Assembly: GCA_046727855.1 (NCBI GenBank)
Contig: JBKPDL010000006.1
Location: 27,509 to 91,508, forward strand
From: Acidobacteriota bacterium
Lineage (GTDB): Bacteria; Acidobacteriota; Vicinamibacteria; Vicinamibacterales; UBA2999
Direction of reading: 5' to 3'
Length of the DNA: 64,000 bases
The notes beneath the pieces are model-generated. The model was given only the letters and a program-made list of their open reading frames with translations, searched no databases and was not told the origin of the DNA. The translations under genes and the position numbers were made by a program. The number at the start of each line of letters is the position of its first letter. Within the stretch, counting starts at the first letter, position 1. Positions 1-9,819 of this stretch are shown in pieces.

Positions 1-1
1 T

Positions 2-37
2 GTGCTCGCCGCGATCCGCGAGCTGGCGAAGTACTGA
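2..37 (+). CDS. 3' end of an upstream CDS (partial, ...VLAAIRELAKY-stop)
   Basis: Open frame runs off the 5' edge and ends at TGA 35-37. Too short to assign a function. Confidence 0.25.
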   Translation: MLAAIRELAKY

Positions 38-168
38 GCTGACGGACCCAATGGTTCGCGCTCGGGACGCACCAAGCATCGGGGACCGGAACGTCTGCGC
101 TGCGTACAAATCAAGTGGAGACCGGCCACGTGATCGAACCACCAGGCGCGGACCCACACCTCACACAC

Positions 169-1212
169 ATGCCGGGCGGACCTTCAGGTCCGCGACGCAC
201 GACGCGCGCCTTTTCGTTCTTCGTTCTTAGTTCTTACTTCTTCGCTCAAACCCCTTCACCCGGACGCATCGAAACCATCAGCGCGTCCGGCGGCCTTCCC
301 CCCGAAATCTGCGGCCAATATCGCGAGCCGCTCGCGTTTCAACAAACGGCGGGAGGTGTGTATTACATCTTCGACCGCCGCGGTCATTCGGTTCACAGTG
401 TCGATCCCGACGCAAGGGGGACGCGCACCGTCGTCACCATCGGCGGCGAGACGGGCCGCGTGATCGAACCCACCGCGTTCGGGCTCGCGCCGAATGGCAA
501 CTTCGTCGTCGCCGATGCGCCGAACGGACGCGAGCGCCTGCAGGTGTTCGACTTTGCGGGAACGTGGGTTTCGGGATTCACGCTTCCCGGCCGCGCCGAA
601 CCGCGCGTATCGGTGGGGGGCGTGTCGCTCAATGGTGTGGGGACCCTCGCGTTTCTGGGCAAGTTGATCGCGTTGAACCAGCCCGAGACAGGCGCCCTCA
701 TCACGGAGTACGGGCTCGCGGGCACGCCTGTGCGAAGCATCGGTCGCTTACGCACCAGCGGCCACGAATCCGATCGGGAACTGCAGCTGGCCATGAACGC
801 GGGAATTCCCGTTCCGCTCGCGGATGGCGGCTACTTTTTCGTGTTCTTTGCCGGCACTCCTGCGTTTCAACGCTACGACGAAAAGGGCGCCTTGATATTC
901 GAACGCGTGATCCAGGGGCGAGAGCTCGATCCGGTGATCGAGCAGATGCCGAAAAGCTGGCCGAGGCGTACCGTCGACGGCAAGGAACTGCCGCTGGTTG
1001 TGCCCACGGTTCGCGCGGCAGCCGCTGATCGCAACGGCCATCTGTGGGTATCGTTTCTGATTCCCTTCACCTACGTGTTCGACTCGTCCGGCGAAAAGAT
1101 TCGAACCGTGCAATTTCGTGCAGCTGGAACGATCGCGCCAACGAGTCTCTTTTTCAGCGCCAACGGGCGGCTGCTCGTCACTCCCGGATGTTACGCGTTT
1201 CCAGCGCGTTGA
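169..1212 (+). CDS. Secreted beta-propeller-like protein (NHL/SMP-30-like blades), function unknown
   Basis: ATG 169 gives an RRTTR n-region plus a hydrophobic segment AFSFFVLSSYFFA (signal-peptide-like). The body has recurring blade-like strands (GGVYYIFD, GNFVVADA, GGYFFVF, NGHLWVS, NGRLLVT). GTG 115 in the ORF track is an alternative start. Confidence 0.55.
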   Translation: MPGGPSGPRRTTRAFSFFVLSSYFFAQTPSPGRIETISASGGLPPEICGQYREPLAFQQTAGGVYYIFDRRGHSVHSVDPDARGTRTVVTIGGETGRVIEPTAFGLAPNGNFVVADAPNGRERLQVFDFAGTWVSGFTLPGRAEPRVSVGGVSLNGVGTLAFLGKLIALNQPETGALITEYGLAGTPVRSIGRLRTSGHESDRELQLAMNAGIPVPLADGGYFFVFFAGTPAFQRYDEKGALIFERVIQGRELDPVIEQMPKSWPRRTVDGKELPLVVPTVRAAAADRNGHLWVSFLIPFTYVFDSSGEKIRTVQFRAAGTIAPTSLFFSANGRLLVTPGCYAFPAR

Positions 1213-1223
1213 CCGGCCGGCGG

Positions 1224-2249
1224 ATGTTGATAGGATGTAGTGTTCCCCCAGCTGTGAGATTTCATCGCCTTACGTCGGTCGCGTTCGTCGCCGCGTTGTT
1301 TGGCGGCTGCAGTGGATCTCCGACGCGTCCCACGCCGCCCGTCACTCCGCCCGCAACACCTTCGCTTGCGATCACCTGCCCCGGCAATCTGACGACGAGC
1401 GCGCGCGAGGGATCGACCGTGGCGGTGTCATTTGCGACGCCGGCGGTGACCGGCGGCGTTAATCCGATTCAAGTGAGCTGCACCCGCCAGTCCGGATCGC
1501 TGTTTGGCGTCGGACAAACCAGCATCCTGTGCACGGCCGTAGACTCCACGGGGCAGTCAGCCTCTTGCCAGTTCAGCGTCATTGTCAACGCCCTCCCTCC
1601 GATCCTGACGAGCACGAAATTTCTCGCCTTCGGCGACAGCCTGACGGCAGGCGAACTGACGGTTACGGCCACGCACCCCTCGCGGCAAGGAGAGACGAAT
1701 TTCCCGCTAGCCGTGGTGCCCGCCTCGTCCTATCCGACCCAATTGGCCAACTTGCTGCGCAACCGCTACACCACGCAAGCGCAGGCGATTCAGGTCACCA
1801 ACGCTGGCTTACCCGGTGAAACGACACAGAACGGCGCCAAGCGGCTGCCGGGTGTACTCATGTCCACGAGACCTGAAGTGGTGATTCTGCTCGAGGGCGT
1901 CAACGATGTCGGTACGCAGGCCGACTTTGGTGTATCTGCGGCGGCGACCGGCATGACGGCCATGGTGCGCGAGGCGCGCGGACGCGGGGCGCGCGTGATC
2001 CTCGCCACCGAGCCACCGTCGCGTCCGGGATTTCGCGCAGTTTCGACCCAGTTCATCACCGCCTACAACGACCGGTTGCGTCTGATCGCGGCCGCCGAGG
2101 GCGCGCTGCTTGTCGACCTGTACGCGGGCATGGCGGGCGACGTGACGCGCTATATCGGCGTCGACGGGCTGCACCCGACGGAGGTTGGCTATGCGCGCAT
2201 GGCTGAGCTCATTCTTCAGGTTATTCGGCAAAACCTCGAAGAGCGCTGA
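1224..2249 (+). CDS. Lipoprotein with HYR-like Ig module fused to an SGNH/GDSL hydrolase domain
   Basis: ATG 1224 gives a signal sequence ending in a lipobox-like ALFGGCSGS. A Cys-rich Ig-like module follows (ITCPGN...VSCTRQSG...ILCTAVDSTGQSASCQFSV). Then come SGNH block I FGDSLTAGE and block V DGLHPT. The upstream part of track ORF 1044.. overlaps the previous gene. Confidence 0.75.
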   Translation: MLIGCSVPPAVRFHRLTSVAFVAALFGGCSGSPTRPTPPVTPPATPSLAITCPGNLTTSAREGSTVAVSFATPAVTGGVNPIQVSCTRQSGSLFGVGQTSILCTAVDSTGQSASCQFSVIVNALPPILTSTKFLAFGDSLTAGELTVTATHPSRQGETNFPLAVVPASSYPTQLANLLRNRYTTQAQAIQVTNAGLPGETTQNGAKRLPGVLMSTRPEVVILLEGVNDVGTQADFGVSAAATGMTAMVREARGRGARVILATEPPSRPGFRAVSTQFITAYNDRLRLIAAAEGALLVDLYAGMAGDVTRYIGVDGLHPTEVGYARMAELILQVIRQNLEER

Positions 2250-2286
2250 ACCAGCGGATTGACACGGCGCCGGCGACGGCAGAAAA

Positions 2287-2304
2287 TGAATGAACATTCA
2301 TTCA
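2287..2304. promoter_or_regulatory. Perfect 8-2-8 palindrome TGAATGAA-CA-TTCATTCA, candidate FadR (TetR-type) operator
   Basis: Read directly, 14 nt upstream of the TetR start codon in an AT-richer patch. It resembles my recollection of the Bacillus subtilis FadR/YsiA box (TGAATGA-N4-TCATTCA). Confidence 0.6.
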
Positions 2305-2317
2305 GTAAAGCGCTGCG

Positions 2318-2953
2318 ATGCCTGTTACCGCTTCACGCCGTGTCATCACCGCTCGCGCGCATCCCCCCGCGCTCGACAAACGCGACGCGATTCTGCGCGC
2401 GGCCACCCAGGTTTTCGCGCGTCATGGATTCTTCCAGTCGCAGGTCGCCGACGTCGCGCGCGCTGCGGGCATCGCCGCCGGGACTGTCTATCTCTACTTC
2501 CGCAGCAAGGACGATCTGCTGGTCTCGATCTTCGACCGCACCATGCGCGAGGCGATCGGCGAAGGGCGTGCGGCGTTGAGCAGCGTGACCGATCCGCGCG
2601 AGCGTCTCGAGCGGATTGCCCGACTTCATCTCGATCGACTCGGACGCGACCGCGAGTTAGCCATCGTGTTTCAGGTCGAACTGCGGCAATCGACGAAGTT
2701 CATGGAGCAATTCTCTTCGACGTATTTACGCGACTACATCGGTCTGATTCGCGAAACGATCGTTGACGGTCAGAAAGCCGGCACCTTTCGCGCCGATCTC
2801 AACCCCACCTCTGCCGCGAAGATTTTTTTCGGAGCGCTGGACGAGATGGCCACGAACTGGATCCTCAGCCGCCGGCGTTATTCCCTGGCCGCGGAGGCGG
2901 ACGCCGTGATCGATCTCTTTGTCAACGGCGTTACCGCAATGAGGCGGGCATGA
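2318..2953 (+). CDS. fadR: TetR-family transcriptional regulator, FadR-like (fatty-acid degradation repressor)
   Basis: N-terminal TetR HTH (ILRAATQVFARHGFFQSQVADVARAAGIAAGTVYLYFRSKDDLL). It is the first gene of the beta-oxidation cluster, and its stop overlaps the next start (ATGA at 2950). Confidence 0.8.
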   Translation: MPVTASRRVITARAHPPALDKRDAILRAATQVFARHGFFQSQVADVARAAGIAAGTVYLYFRSKDDLLVSIFDRTMREAIGEGRAALSSVTDPRERLERIARLHLDRLGRDRELAIVFQVELRQSTKFMEQFSSTYLRDYIGLIRETIVDGQKAGTFRADLNPTSAAKIFFGALDEMATNWILSRRRYSLAAEADAVIDLFVNGVTAMRRA

Positions 2954-5259
2954 CGATCAATTCCATCGCCGTGCTGGGCGCCGGAACGATGGGTGCGCAA
3001 ATCGCGCTGCATTGCGCCAACGCCGGGTTTCCTTCGCTGCTGCTCGACGTGACGCCGCAACTCGCGCGCGAAGGTCTCGACAAAGCCCGGCGCTTGAAGC
3101 CGGATCCGCAGTTCACACCCGAGGTCGGGCGGCTCGTCACCACCGCCGGTTTTGACGACGGCTTTGCGCATCTCGCGAAGGCTGATTGGATCATCGAAGC
3201 AGTGGTCGAGCGCCTCGACATCAAGCAGCAACTGCTGGCGCGAGTCGAGACCACGCGCAGGCCCGGCTCGATTGTCAGCTCGAATACATCGGGGATTCCG
3301 ATCAGCGCGCTCGCCGAGGGCCGCAGCGCCGACTTCCGGCGTCATTTACTCGGCACGCATTTCTTCAATCCACCGCGCTATCTGCGCCTGCTGGAGCTGA
3401 TTCCGACGACCGACACCGATCCCGCAGTGGTCGAAGCGATATCGGTGTTTGCGGACCATCACCTGGGCAAAGGCGTGGTGTTGGCGAAGGACACGCCGAA
3501 CTTCATCGGCAATCACATCGCGCTCTACGGGGTGGTGCGCACGCTCGAAGCCGTCGCCACTGGACGCTACACCATTGAGGAAGTTGACGCCATCACGGGA
3601 CCGGCGCTCGGTCGTCCCGCCAGCGCGACGTTCAGAACCATGGACATTGCAGGCGTCGATGTGCTCGCTCACGTGATGCGAAATCTCGGCGAACGCCTGC
3701 GCGATGAAACGGATCGCAAGGCGTTTGCGATGCCCGCGTTCCTGCCGCGCATGCTGGAGAAGGGCCTTTTCGGCGAGAAGGCCGGCCGCGGTTTCTACGA
3801 GAGGCGCAAATCGGCGTCGGGGGAGAGCGAAATCTGGACACTCGACCTCGACTCGCTCGAATACCGCCCGCGCAAAACCCCGCGTATCCCCTCCATTGAA
3901 GCCGGCAAGTCGATTGACAGCGTGCCGGAACGCGTGCGCATGCTGTTCAACGCCAAGGACAAGGCCGGGGATTTCCTGCGTGAAACGCTCGCGCCGACAC
4001 TGATCTACACAGCGCGTGTAACTCCTGAGATCGCCCACTCGATTGACGACGTCGATCGCGTCATGCGCTGGGGCTTCGGATGGGACTTGGGACCATACGA
4101 GCTCTTCGACGCCATCGGGGTGCGCGAAGTGCTCGCGGGGGCACAGGCCGTTGGCGGCCATGCGCTGAGCAAGGGTGTGCCGCCTCTTGTGCAGGAGCTG
4201 CTCGATTCGGGGAAAAACACATTCCGGACCGGCCTCGTGCCGCCCGGCACGAACGACTTGCTGATTCTGCGGCAGGCGCGCGAGCAACAGCGCGTCGTCA
4301 AAAAGAACAGCGGCGCGAGCCTCGTCGATCTCGGCGACGGAGTGTTCTGCGTCGAGTTCCACTCGAAGATGAACGCGATCGGCGGCGACACCGTTCAGAT
4401 GCTCAACGCGGGTGTGAAAGAGGCGGCCAAGAACGGCGTCGCGCTGGTTGTCGGCAATGAGGCTCCCAACTTTTCCGCTGGTGCCAACCTCATGCTGGTT
4501 CTGCTCGAGGCACAGGAGGGCAACTGGGAGGACCTCGAATTGATGATTCGCGCCTTCCAGCAGGCGACGATGGCGCTCCGCTACAGCGATGTGCCCGTCG
4601 TCGTGGCGCCCGCGGGCCTCACGCTCGGCGGCGGCGCCGAAATCGCCATGCACGGCGACCGCGTTCAAGCCGCGGGCGAAACCTATCTCGGTCTCGTGGA
4701 AGTTGGAGTCGGGCTCGTTCCTGCGGGCGGCGGCACTAAAGAAATGACGGTTCGCGCCATGAGCAGGATGCCGTCGCCGCAGAGCGATCCGTTGCCGTAC
4801 GTGCAAAAGGCCTTTGAAACAGTGGCGTTGGCGCAGGTATCCGCCAGCGGTCCCGACGCTGCCCGCCTCGGATACTTGAGTGCCACGGACGCCTTTACGA
4901 TGAACCGTGAGCGGCTGATCGCCGATGCGAAAGCGCGTGCGCTCGAGCGCGTGCGCGAGGGCTATCACAAGCCTGCGGCGCGCACGGCGATTCCCGTCGG
5001 TGGCGCATCGCTGCGCGCCGCACTCAACCTCGGTGTTCATCTCGCGTGGCGGTCCGGCCGCGCCTCCGATCACGACGCCTTGGTCGCGCGCAAGGTCGCT
5101 CACATCTTCGCCGGCGGCGACGTGCCTCACGCTACCACGGTGACGGAGCAATACCTGCTCGATCTCGAGCGCGAGGCGTTTCTCAGTCTGCTCGGCGAGC
5201 GGAACACGCTGGAGCGTATCCAGCACACACTCAAAACAGGCAAACCATTGAGGAACTGA
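2950..5259 (+). CDS. fadN: Bifunctional 3-hydroxyacyl-CoA dehydrogenase / enoyl-CoA hydratase (FadN-type, dehydrogenase N-terminal)
   Basis: Rossmann motif IAVLGAGTMGAQIA at the N-terminus. 3-hydroxyacyl-CoA dehydrogenase-like core (GTHFFNPP, PNFIGNHI). C-terminal crotonase-like half (GANLMLV, LGGGAEIAMHGD). Length is 769 aa. Confidence 0.9.
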   Translation: MTINSIAVLGAGTMGAQIALHCANAGFPSLLLDVTPQLAREGLDKARRLKPDPQFTPEVGRLVTTAGFDDGFAHLAKADWIIEAVVERLDIKQQLLARVETTRRPGSIVSSNTSGIPISALAEGRSADFRRHLLGTHFFNPPRYLRLLELIPTTDTDPAVVEAISVFADHHLGKGVVLAKDTPNFIGNHIALYGVVRTLEAVATGRYTIEEVDAITGPALGRPASATFRTMDIAGVDVLAHVMRNLGERLRDETDRKAFAMPAFLPRMLEKGLFGEKAGRGFYERRKSASGESEIWTLDLDSLEYRPRKTPRIPSIEAGKSIDSVPERVRMLFNAKDKAGDFLRETLAPTLIYTARVTPEIAHSIDDVDRVMRWGFGWDLGPYELFDAIGVREVLAGAQAVGGHALSKGVPPLVQELLDSGKNTFRTGLVPPGTNDLLILRQAREQQRVVKKNSGASLVDLGDGVFCVEFHSKMNAIGGDTVQMLNAGVKEAAKNGVALVVGNEAPNFSAGANLMLVLLEAQEGNWEDLELMIRAFQQATMALRYSDVPVVVAPAGLTLGGGAEIAMHGDRVQAAGETYLGLVEVGVGLVPAGGGTKEMTVRAMSRMPSPQSDPLPYVQKAFETVALAQVSASGPDAARLGYLSATDAFTMNRERLIADAKARALERVREGYHKPAARTAIPVGGASLRAALNLGVHLAWRSGRASDHDALVARKVAHIFAGGDVPHATTVTEQYLLDLEREAFLSLLGERNTLERIQHTLKTGKPLRN

Positions 5260-6053
5260 TGATCGATCGCGGCAACGGGATTCCTGTCGTACTCGTTCCC
5301 GGCATTCAGGGCCGCTGGGAATGGACCGCGCCAACAGTGGAGGCATTGGCGCGGCGCTGCCGCGTGATTACCTTCTCGCTCTGCGACGAACCAACGAGCG
5401 GGTTCCCGTTCGACGCGGACGCTGGCTTCAATGCCTACGTGCAGCAGATCGACGCGGCGTTGCAACGAGCGCACATTCAGAAAGCCATCGTGATCGGCGT
5501 GTCATATGGCGGGCTCATCGCCACGGAATTTGCGGTTCAGCATCGCGATCGGGTTCTGGGCCTGGTGCTGGCCTCGGCGTTGCCGCCTGGATGGACGCCA
5601 AACGCACGCGCACGTTTCTACATGCGCGCGCCGCGGCTGCTGATGCCGTTGTTCGTGGTGGCATCACCGCTGCGCATGTTTCCCGAGGTACGAAGCGCGC
5701 TCGCTTTGAAGAAGGGAGTGCCCTTCATGATCGGTCACGGATATCGGGTGGTGCGCGCTGCTCCGTCGCCAGTCCGCATGGCGAGACGCGCGGAATGGAC
5801 GGAACAGCATCGTTTCTGCGATCTGAGTGAGCTGCAGGTACCGACGCTGGTGATTACCGGTGAGGATCGGCTCGATCGGATCGTCGCGCCCGAGCTGACG
5901 CGTGAGTATCTTGCCCGCTGGCCGCACGCGCGGCATGCCACGCTTCAGCGAACCGGTCACATCGGACTGGTGACCAAGCCGGAAGAATTTGCGGAGCTGG
6001 TCGGCCGCTTTGCCGCCGACCTCGACACCGATGCCGAGCCAATCTCTGCGTGA
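5259..6053 (+). CDS. Alpha/beta-fold hydrolase
   Basis: ATG 5259 overlaps the fadN stop by 1 nt (TGATG). Motifs VVLVPGIQG and nucleophile elbow GVSYGG. The upstream 71 codons of track ORF 5046.. overlap fadN and were not used. Confidence 0.75.
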   Translation: MIDRGNGIPVVLVPGIQGRWEWTAPTVEALARRCRVITFSLCDEPTSGFPFDADAGFNAYVQQIDAALQRAHIQKAIVIGVSYGGLIATEFAVQHRDRVLGLVLASALPPGWTPNARARFYMRAPRLLMPLFVVASPLRMFPEVRSALALKKGVPFMIGHGYRVVRAAPSPVRMARRAEWTEQHRFCDLSELQVPTLVITGEDRLDRIVAPELTREYLARWPHARHATLQRTGHIGLVTKPEEFAELVGRFAADLDTDAEPISA

Positions 6054-6660
6054 TATTCAGGGGCCCGAGGGACCGCTCGAAGCGTTGCTCGAAGCGCCAG
6101 CAGTGCGCGCACGCGCCGCGGCCGTATTTGCGCACCCACACCCGCTGTACGGCGGGACGATGCACAGCCGCGTGGTGTTCCAGGCAGCGAAGGCGCTCGC
6201 GCGCATCGGTGTCGCGGTGCTGCGGTTCAACTTTCGCGGCGTCGGCCGCAGCGCCGGCACATTTGACGATGGCGCCGGGGAGAGGGAGGACTATCGCGCG
6301 GCGCTCGATTTTGTCGCGGCGCAATATCCAGGACTGCCGTTGTGGACGGCCGGATTCTCGTTTGGAGCGTGGATCGCGATGACCGTCGGCGCCAACGATC
6401 CGCGGGGCCGCGTGCTGCTCGGCATCGCGCCAGTCGTCGATCGCTACGATTTCGGCCGCGTCAGGACGAGCACGAAGCCGAAATTCCTCATTCACGGTGA
6501 GCGCGACGAGGTTGTTTCGTTAAAGGATGTTCGACGCTTCTACAGCGAGCTCTTCGAACCGAAGGAGCTCGTCGTGATCGACGCCGCCGATCATTTGTTC
6601 GACGGCAAAGCGTCGGAAGTTGGAGACGCAATCGAAGATTTGCTGGGTGACTTCTCATGA
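6031..6660 (+). CDS. Alpha/beta hydrolase of the small COG2945-like type
   Basis: [26 protein letters not shown], nucleophile elbow [16 protein letters not shown]. The stop overlaps the thiolase start (ATGA at 6657). The start is chosen at in-frame ATG 6031. Confidence 0.7.
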   Translation: MPSQSLRDIQGPEGPLEALLEAPAVRARAAAVFAHPHPLYGGTMHSRVVFQAAKALARIGVAVLRFNFRGVGRSAGTFDDGAGEREDYRAALDFVAAQYPGLPLWTAGFSFGAWIAMTVGANDPRGRVLLGIAPVVDRYDFGRVRTSTKPKFLIHGERDEVVSLKDVRRFYSELFEPKELVVIDAADHLFDGKASEVGDAIEDLLGDFS

Positions 6661-7838
6661 AAGACGCAGTCATTGTTTCCGCTGTTCGTACCGCCGTCGG
6701 CCGCGCGCCGAAGGGCACGTTGAACGTGATGCGTCCCGACGACATGGCCTCCGCGGCCATCGCCGAGGCGATCGCACGCGCACCAGGACTCGACAACGCA
6801 GACATCGAGGACGTGATCATCGGTTGCGCGATGCCCGAAGGCGAGCAGGGCCTGAACGTCGCGCGCATTGCCAGCCTTCGCGCCGGCGTTCCAATCAGCG
6901 CATCGGCTGTAACTGTCAACCGCTTCTGCTCCTCGGGTCTGCAGGCAATCGCCTATGGCGCGGAGCGCATCATGCTCGGCCAGGGACAGGTGGCGATCGG
7001 CGGCGGCACCGAGTCGATGAGCATGGTGCCGATGGGCGGCAACAAGATGTCGCCCAATCCGACACTCGTCGAAACCTACCCGGACGTCTATCTGAGCACG
7101 GGCCTTGTCGCTGAGAACCACGCCAATCGCTCACAGATCAGCCGCGAAGAGCAGGACGCGTTTGCGTTGCGCAGCCATCAGCGCGCGATCGCAGCCATCG
7201 ACTCCGGTAGATTCAAAGACGAAATCGTTCCGCTCACCGTCAAGGTTGTCGACCCGGCGACCAATGGCGGCAGACCCAAGACATGCGAGATTACGTTCGC
7301 GGTGGACGAAGGCCCACGCCGTGACACGTCGATGGAAGCGCTTACCAAGTTGAAGCCCGCATTTCATGCCACCGGCAGTGTGACGGCCGGCAACTCCTCG
7401 CAAACGAGTGATGGGGCTGCGGCCGTCGTGCTCACATCGTCGGATTACGCGGCATCGCACGGGCTCAAGCCGCTAGCGCGCTTCGTGACGTTTGCCACCG
7501 CGGGCGTCGAGCCGGAACTGTTCGGGATCGGGCCGGTGCCGGCGATCAAAAAGGCGCTGAAGCAGGCAAGTCTCACGCTCGAGCAGATCGATCTGATCGA
7601 GCTCAACGAGGCCTTTGCCGCGCAGGTGCTCGCGTGCCTCAAGCAACTGCCGATGGATCCCGATCGGCTCAACGTCAACGGTGGCGCGATTGCGCTCGGC
7701 CATCCACTGGGATGCACCGGCGCGAAGCTCACGACGTCGCTGATCTACGAAATGCATCGCCGCGGGTCGCGCTATGGGCTGGTGACGATGTGCGTCGGTG
7801 GCGGTATGGGTGCGGCTGGTATTTTCGAAAGGCTTTAA
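6657..7838 (+). CDS. fadA: Acetyl-CoA C-acyltransferase (3-ketoacyl-CoA thiolase)
   Basis: Thiolase signatures: [11 protein letters not shown] (active-site Cys), [31 protein letters not shown]. Length is 393 aa. Confidence 0.92.
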   Translation: MKDAVIVSAVRTAVGRAPKGTLNVMRPDDMASAAIAEAIARAPGLDNADIEDVIIGCAMPEGEQGLNVARIASLRAGVPISASAVTVNRFCSSGLQAIAYGAERIMLGQGQVAIGGGTESMSMVPMGGNKMSPNPTLVETYPDVYLSTGLVAENHANRSQISREEQDAFALRSHQRAIAAIDSGRFKDEIVPLTVKVVDPATNGGRPKTCEITFAVDEGPRRDTSMEALTKLKPAFHATGSVTAGNSSQTSDGAAAVVLTSSDYAASHGLKPLARFVTFATAGVEPELFGIGPVPAIKKALKQASLTLEQIDLIELNEAFAAQVLACLKQLPMDPDRLNVNGGAIALGHPLGCTGAKLTTSLIYEMHRRGSRYGLVTMCVGGGMGAAGIFERL

Positions 7839-7966
7839 CCGCTCAATTTACCTGTGTTGCGAAGGGTGGCTTCGGGGTAATTCGAGTGAATGGGCGGAAA
7901 CCCGCGGCTTTCGAGCGGCTCGCGCCATTGGCGCTATCCGCTCGAGTGAGCTCCGGACGTTAAATC
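7839..7966 (+). repeat. Intergenic repeat family 1, copy A (about 128 nt)
   Basis: Starts 1 nt after the fadA stop. Shares blocks with four other copies: CTCAATT.., GGTGGC(A/T)TCG, ATGGGCGGAAAC, GGCTCGCGCC(A/G)TTGGCGCTA, CTCGAGTGAGCTCCGG, TTAA tail. Confidence 0.8.
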
Positions 7967-8036
7967 AACTTGTAGTGGGCGTGGCTCGTGACCGTCGTGG
8001 CATTCTGCGAAGGCGGTCAGACACGCCGGAGGACGT

Positions 8037-9812
8037 ATGGCAACGACGACTGAACAAGACATCAAAGGCGGAGCGTGGCTCCTCGACGACACCGATCCGG
8101 CAAGCGTCATGACGCCGGAGAAGCTCACCGACGAGCACAAGTTGATCGAGCAGACAGCGGCTGAGTTCGTGGACAACGAGGTGCTCCCGCTTGCCGAGCA
8201 GCTCGAAAAGAAAGACTGGGCGCTCAGCCGGCAGCTGCTCGCCAAGTGCGGCTCACTTGGCCTGCTCGGTCTGAACGTTCCCGAAACCTACGGCGGCGTC
8301 GATCTCGACAAGATTTCCGCGCTGGTGATCTCCGAGCAGTTGACGCGCTACGCGTCGTTCGGCGCGACGGTCGGCGCTCAGGCAAACCTGACGATCACGC
8401 CGATCCTGATGTTCGGCAGCGAGCAGCAGAAGCAGAAGTATCTGCCCAAGCTCGTGTCCGGCGAGATGGTGGGGGCATATTGCCTGAGCGAATCAGGTTC
8501 GGGTTCGGATGCCCTCGGCGCCAAGAGCCGCGCGATGCGGCAGGCGGACGGGAGTTTCGTCCTTTCCGGCGAAAAGATGTGGATCACCAACGGTGGCTTT
8601 GCCGACATGTATATCGTCTTTGCCAAGGTTGACGGCGAGCACTTCACTGCCTTCATCGTGGAGCGCAACTGGCCCGGCGTCTCGACCGGCAAGGAAGAGC
8701 ACAAGATGGGGCTGCACGGGTCATCGACCTGTCCGGTGATTCTGCAGGAAGTGAAGGTGCCCGCCGACGCCGTACTCGGGGAGATCGGCAAAGGCCACAA
8801 AGTCGCGTTCAACGTGCTCAACTTCGGCCGCTTCAAGTTGGGTGCGATGAGCTCGGGCGGCGGGCGAGCGGCGATCGCCGAATCGGTACGGTATGCGGCC
8901 ACGCGCAAACAGTTTGGCGTGCCGATCGCAAGTTTCGGCGCAATCAAACACAAGATCGGCGAGATGGTGTCGCGCCAGTACGCGCTCGAGAGTATGGTGT
9001 ATCGCACCGGTGGCCTGATCGACGCCTACATCGCCGGCAAGCCGGGTGCTCACGACGGCTCCGCCATGCTGCAGGCGCTCGAGGAATTTGCCGTTGAAGC
9101 GTCAATCGCGAAGGTCTTAGGAAGTGAAGTGCTGGAATACATCCTCGACGAGAATGTCCAGATTCACGGCGGCAATGGATTCGTCCGCGACTACCCCGCC
9201 GAGGGTCATTATCGGGACGCGCGCGTGAACCGGATCTTCGAAGGCACGAACGAAATCAACCGGCTCCTGATTCCCGGCATGCTGATGAAAAAGGCGCTCA
9301 AAGGTGAGCTGCCGCTCATTCCTGCGGCGATGAAGCTGCAGGACGAGATCATGAGCGCGACCATGACGCTGGCCGACGAATCCGAAGGCACGCTCGTGGA
9401 GCAGTCGCGCGCCGTGAGTGCTTTCAAGAAGGTGGTCCTCCTGGTCGCGGGTTCGGCGATGCAGCGCTACGGCGACAAGCTCCAGGACGAGCAGGAAGTC
9501 CTGAGCTACATTGCCGACATCGTGATCGACACGTTTGCCGCTGACAGTGCTGTGCTCCGTGCAAAGGTGGCGCAGAGCGGCGCGGATCTGCACGTCGATG
9601 CGGCCACGGTGTATGTGCAGGAAGCGGCAGGACGAATCGAGATGGCGGCGAAATCGTGTCTCGCGGCCATGAGCGACGGCGACATGCTGCGCACCCAGCT
9701 GGCAGCGCTTCGCCGTTTGCTCAAGGTGACGCCGGTCAACGCGGTTGCTTTGCGGCGTCGGCTGGCCGAGCGAGCTGTGACGAAAGGCGCATACCCGCTC
9801 TATATGGCATAG
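8037..9812 (+). CDS. fadE: Long-form acyl-CoA dehydrogenase (FadE-type, 591 aa)
   Basis: ACAD motifs YCLSESGSGSDA, MWITNGG, HGGNGF. It also has the extra C-terminal helical extension seen in roughly 590-aa FadE-type enzymes. Confidence 0.88.
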   Translation: MATTTEQDIKGGAWLLDDTDPASVMTPEKLTDEHKLIEQTAAEFVDNEVLPLAEQLEKKDWALSRQLLAKCGSLGLLGLNVPETYGGVDLDKISALVISEQLTRYASFGATVGAQANLTITPILMFGSEQQKQKYLPKLVSGEMVGAYCLSESGSGSDALGAKSRAMRQADGSFVLSGEKMWITNGGFADMYIVFAKVDGEHFTAFIVERNWPGVSTGKEEHKMGLHGSSTCPVILQEVKVPADAVLGEIGKGHKVAFNVLNFGRFKLGAMSSGGGRAAIAESVRYAATRKQFGVPIASFGAIKHKIGEMVSRQYALESMVYRTGGLIDAYIAGKPGAHDGSAMLQALEEFAVEASIAKVLGSEVLEYILDENVQIHGGNGFVRDYPAEGHYRDARVNRIFEGTNEINRLLIPGMLMKKALKGELPLIPAAMKLQDEIMSATMTLADESEGTLVEQSRAVSAFKKVVLLVAGSAMQRYGDKLQDEQEVLSYIADIVIDTFAADSAVLRAKVAQSGADLHVDAATVYVQEAAGRIEMAAKSCLAAMSDGDMLRTQLAALRRLLKVTPVNAVALRRRLAERAVTKGAYPLYMA

Positions 9813-9819
9813 TTGGGCT

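Noticed and set aside
3346-5346. 666-aa ORF on the minus strand, the longest alternative ORF in the track
   Set aside because: It is entirely antisense to the well-supported fadN gene. It is Arg/Ala/Gly-rich with no recognisable motif. This is a typical shadow ORF of GC-rich DNA, where stop codons are rare on the opposite strand.
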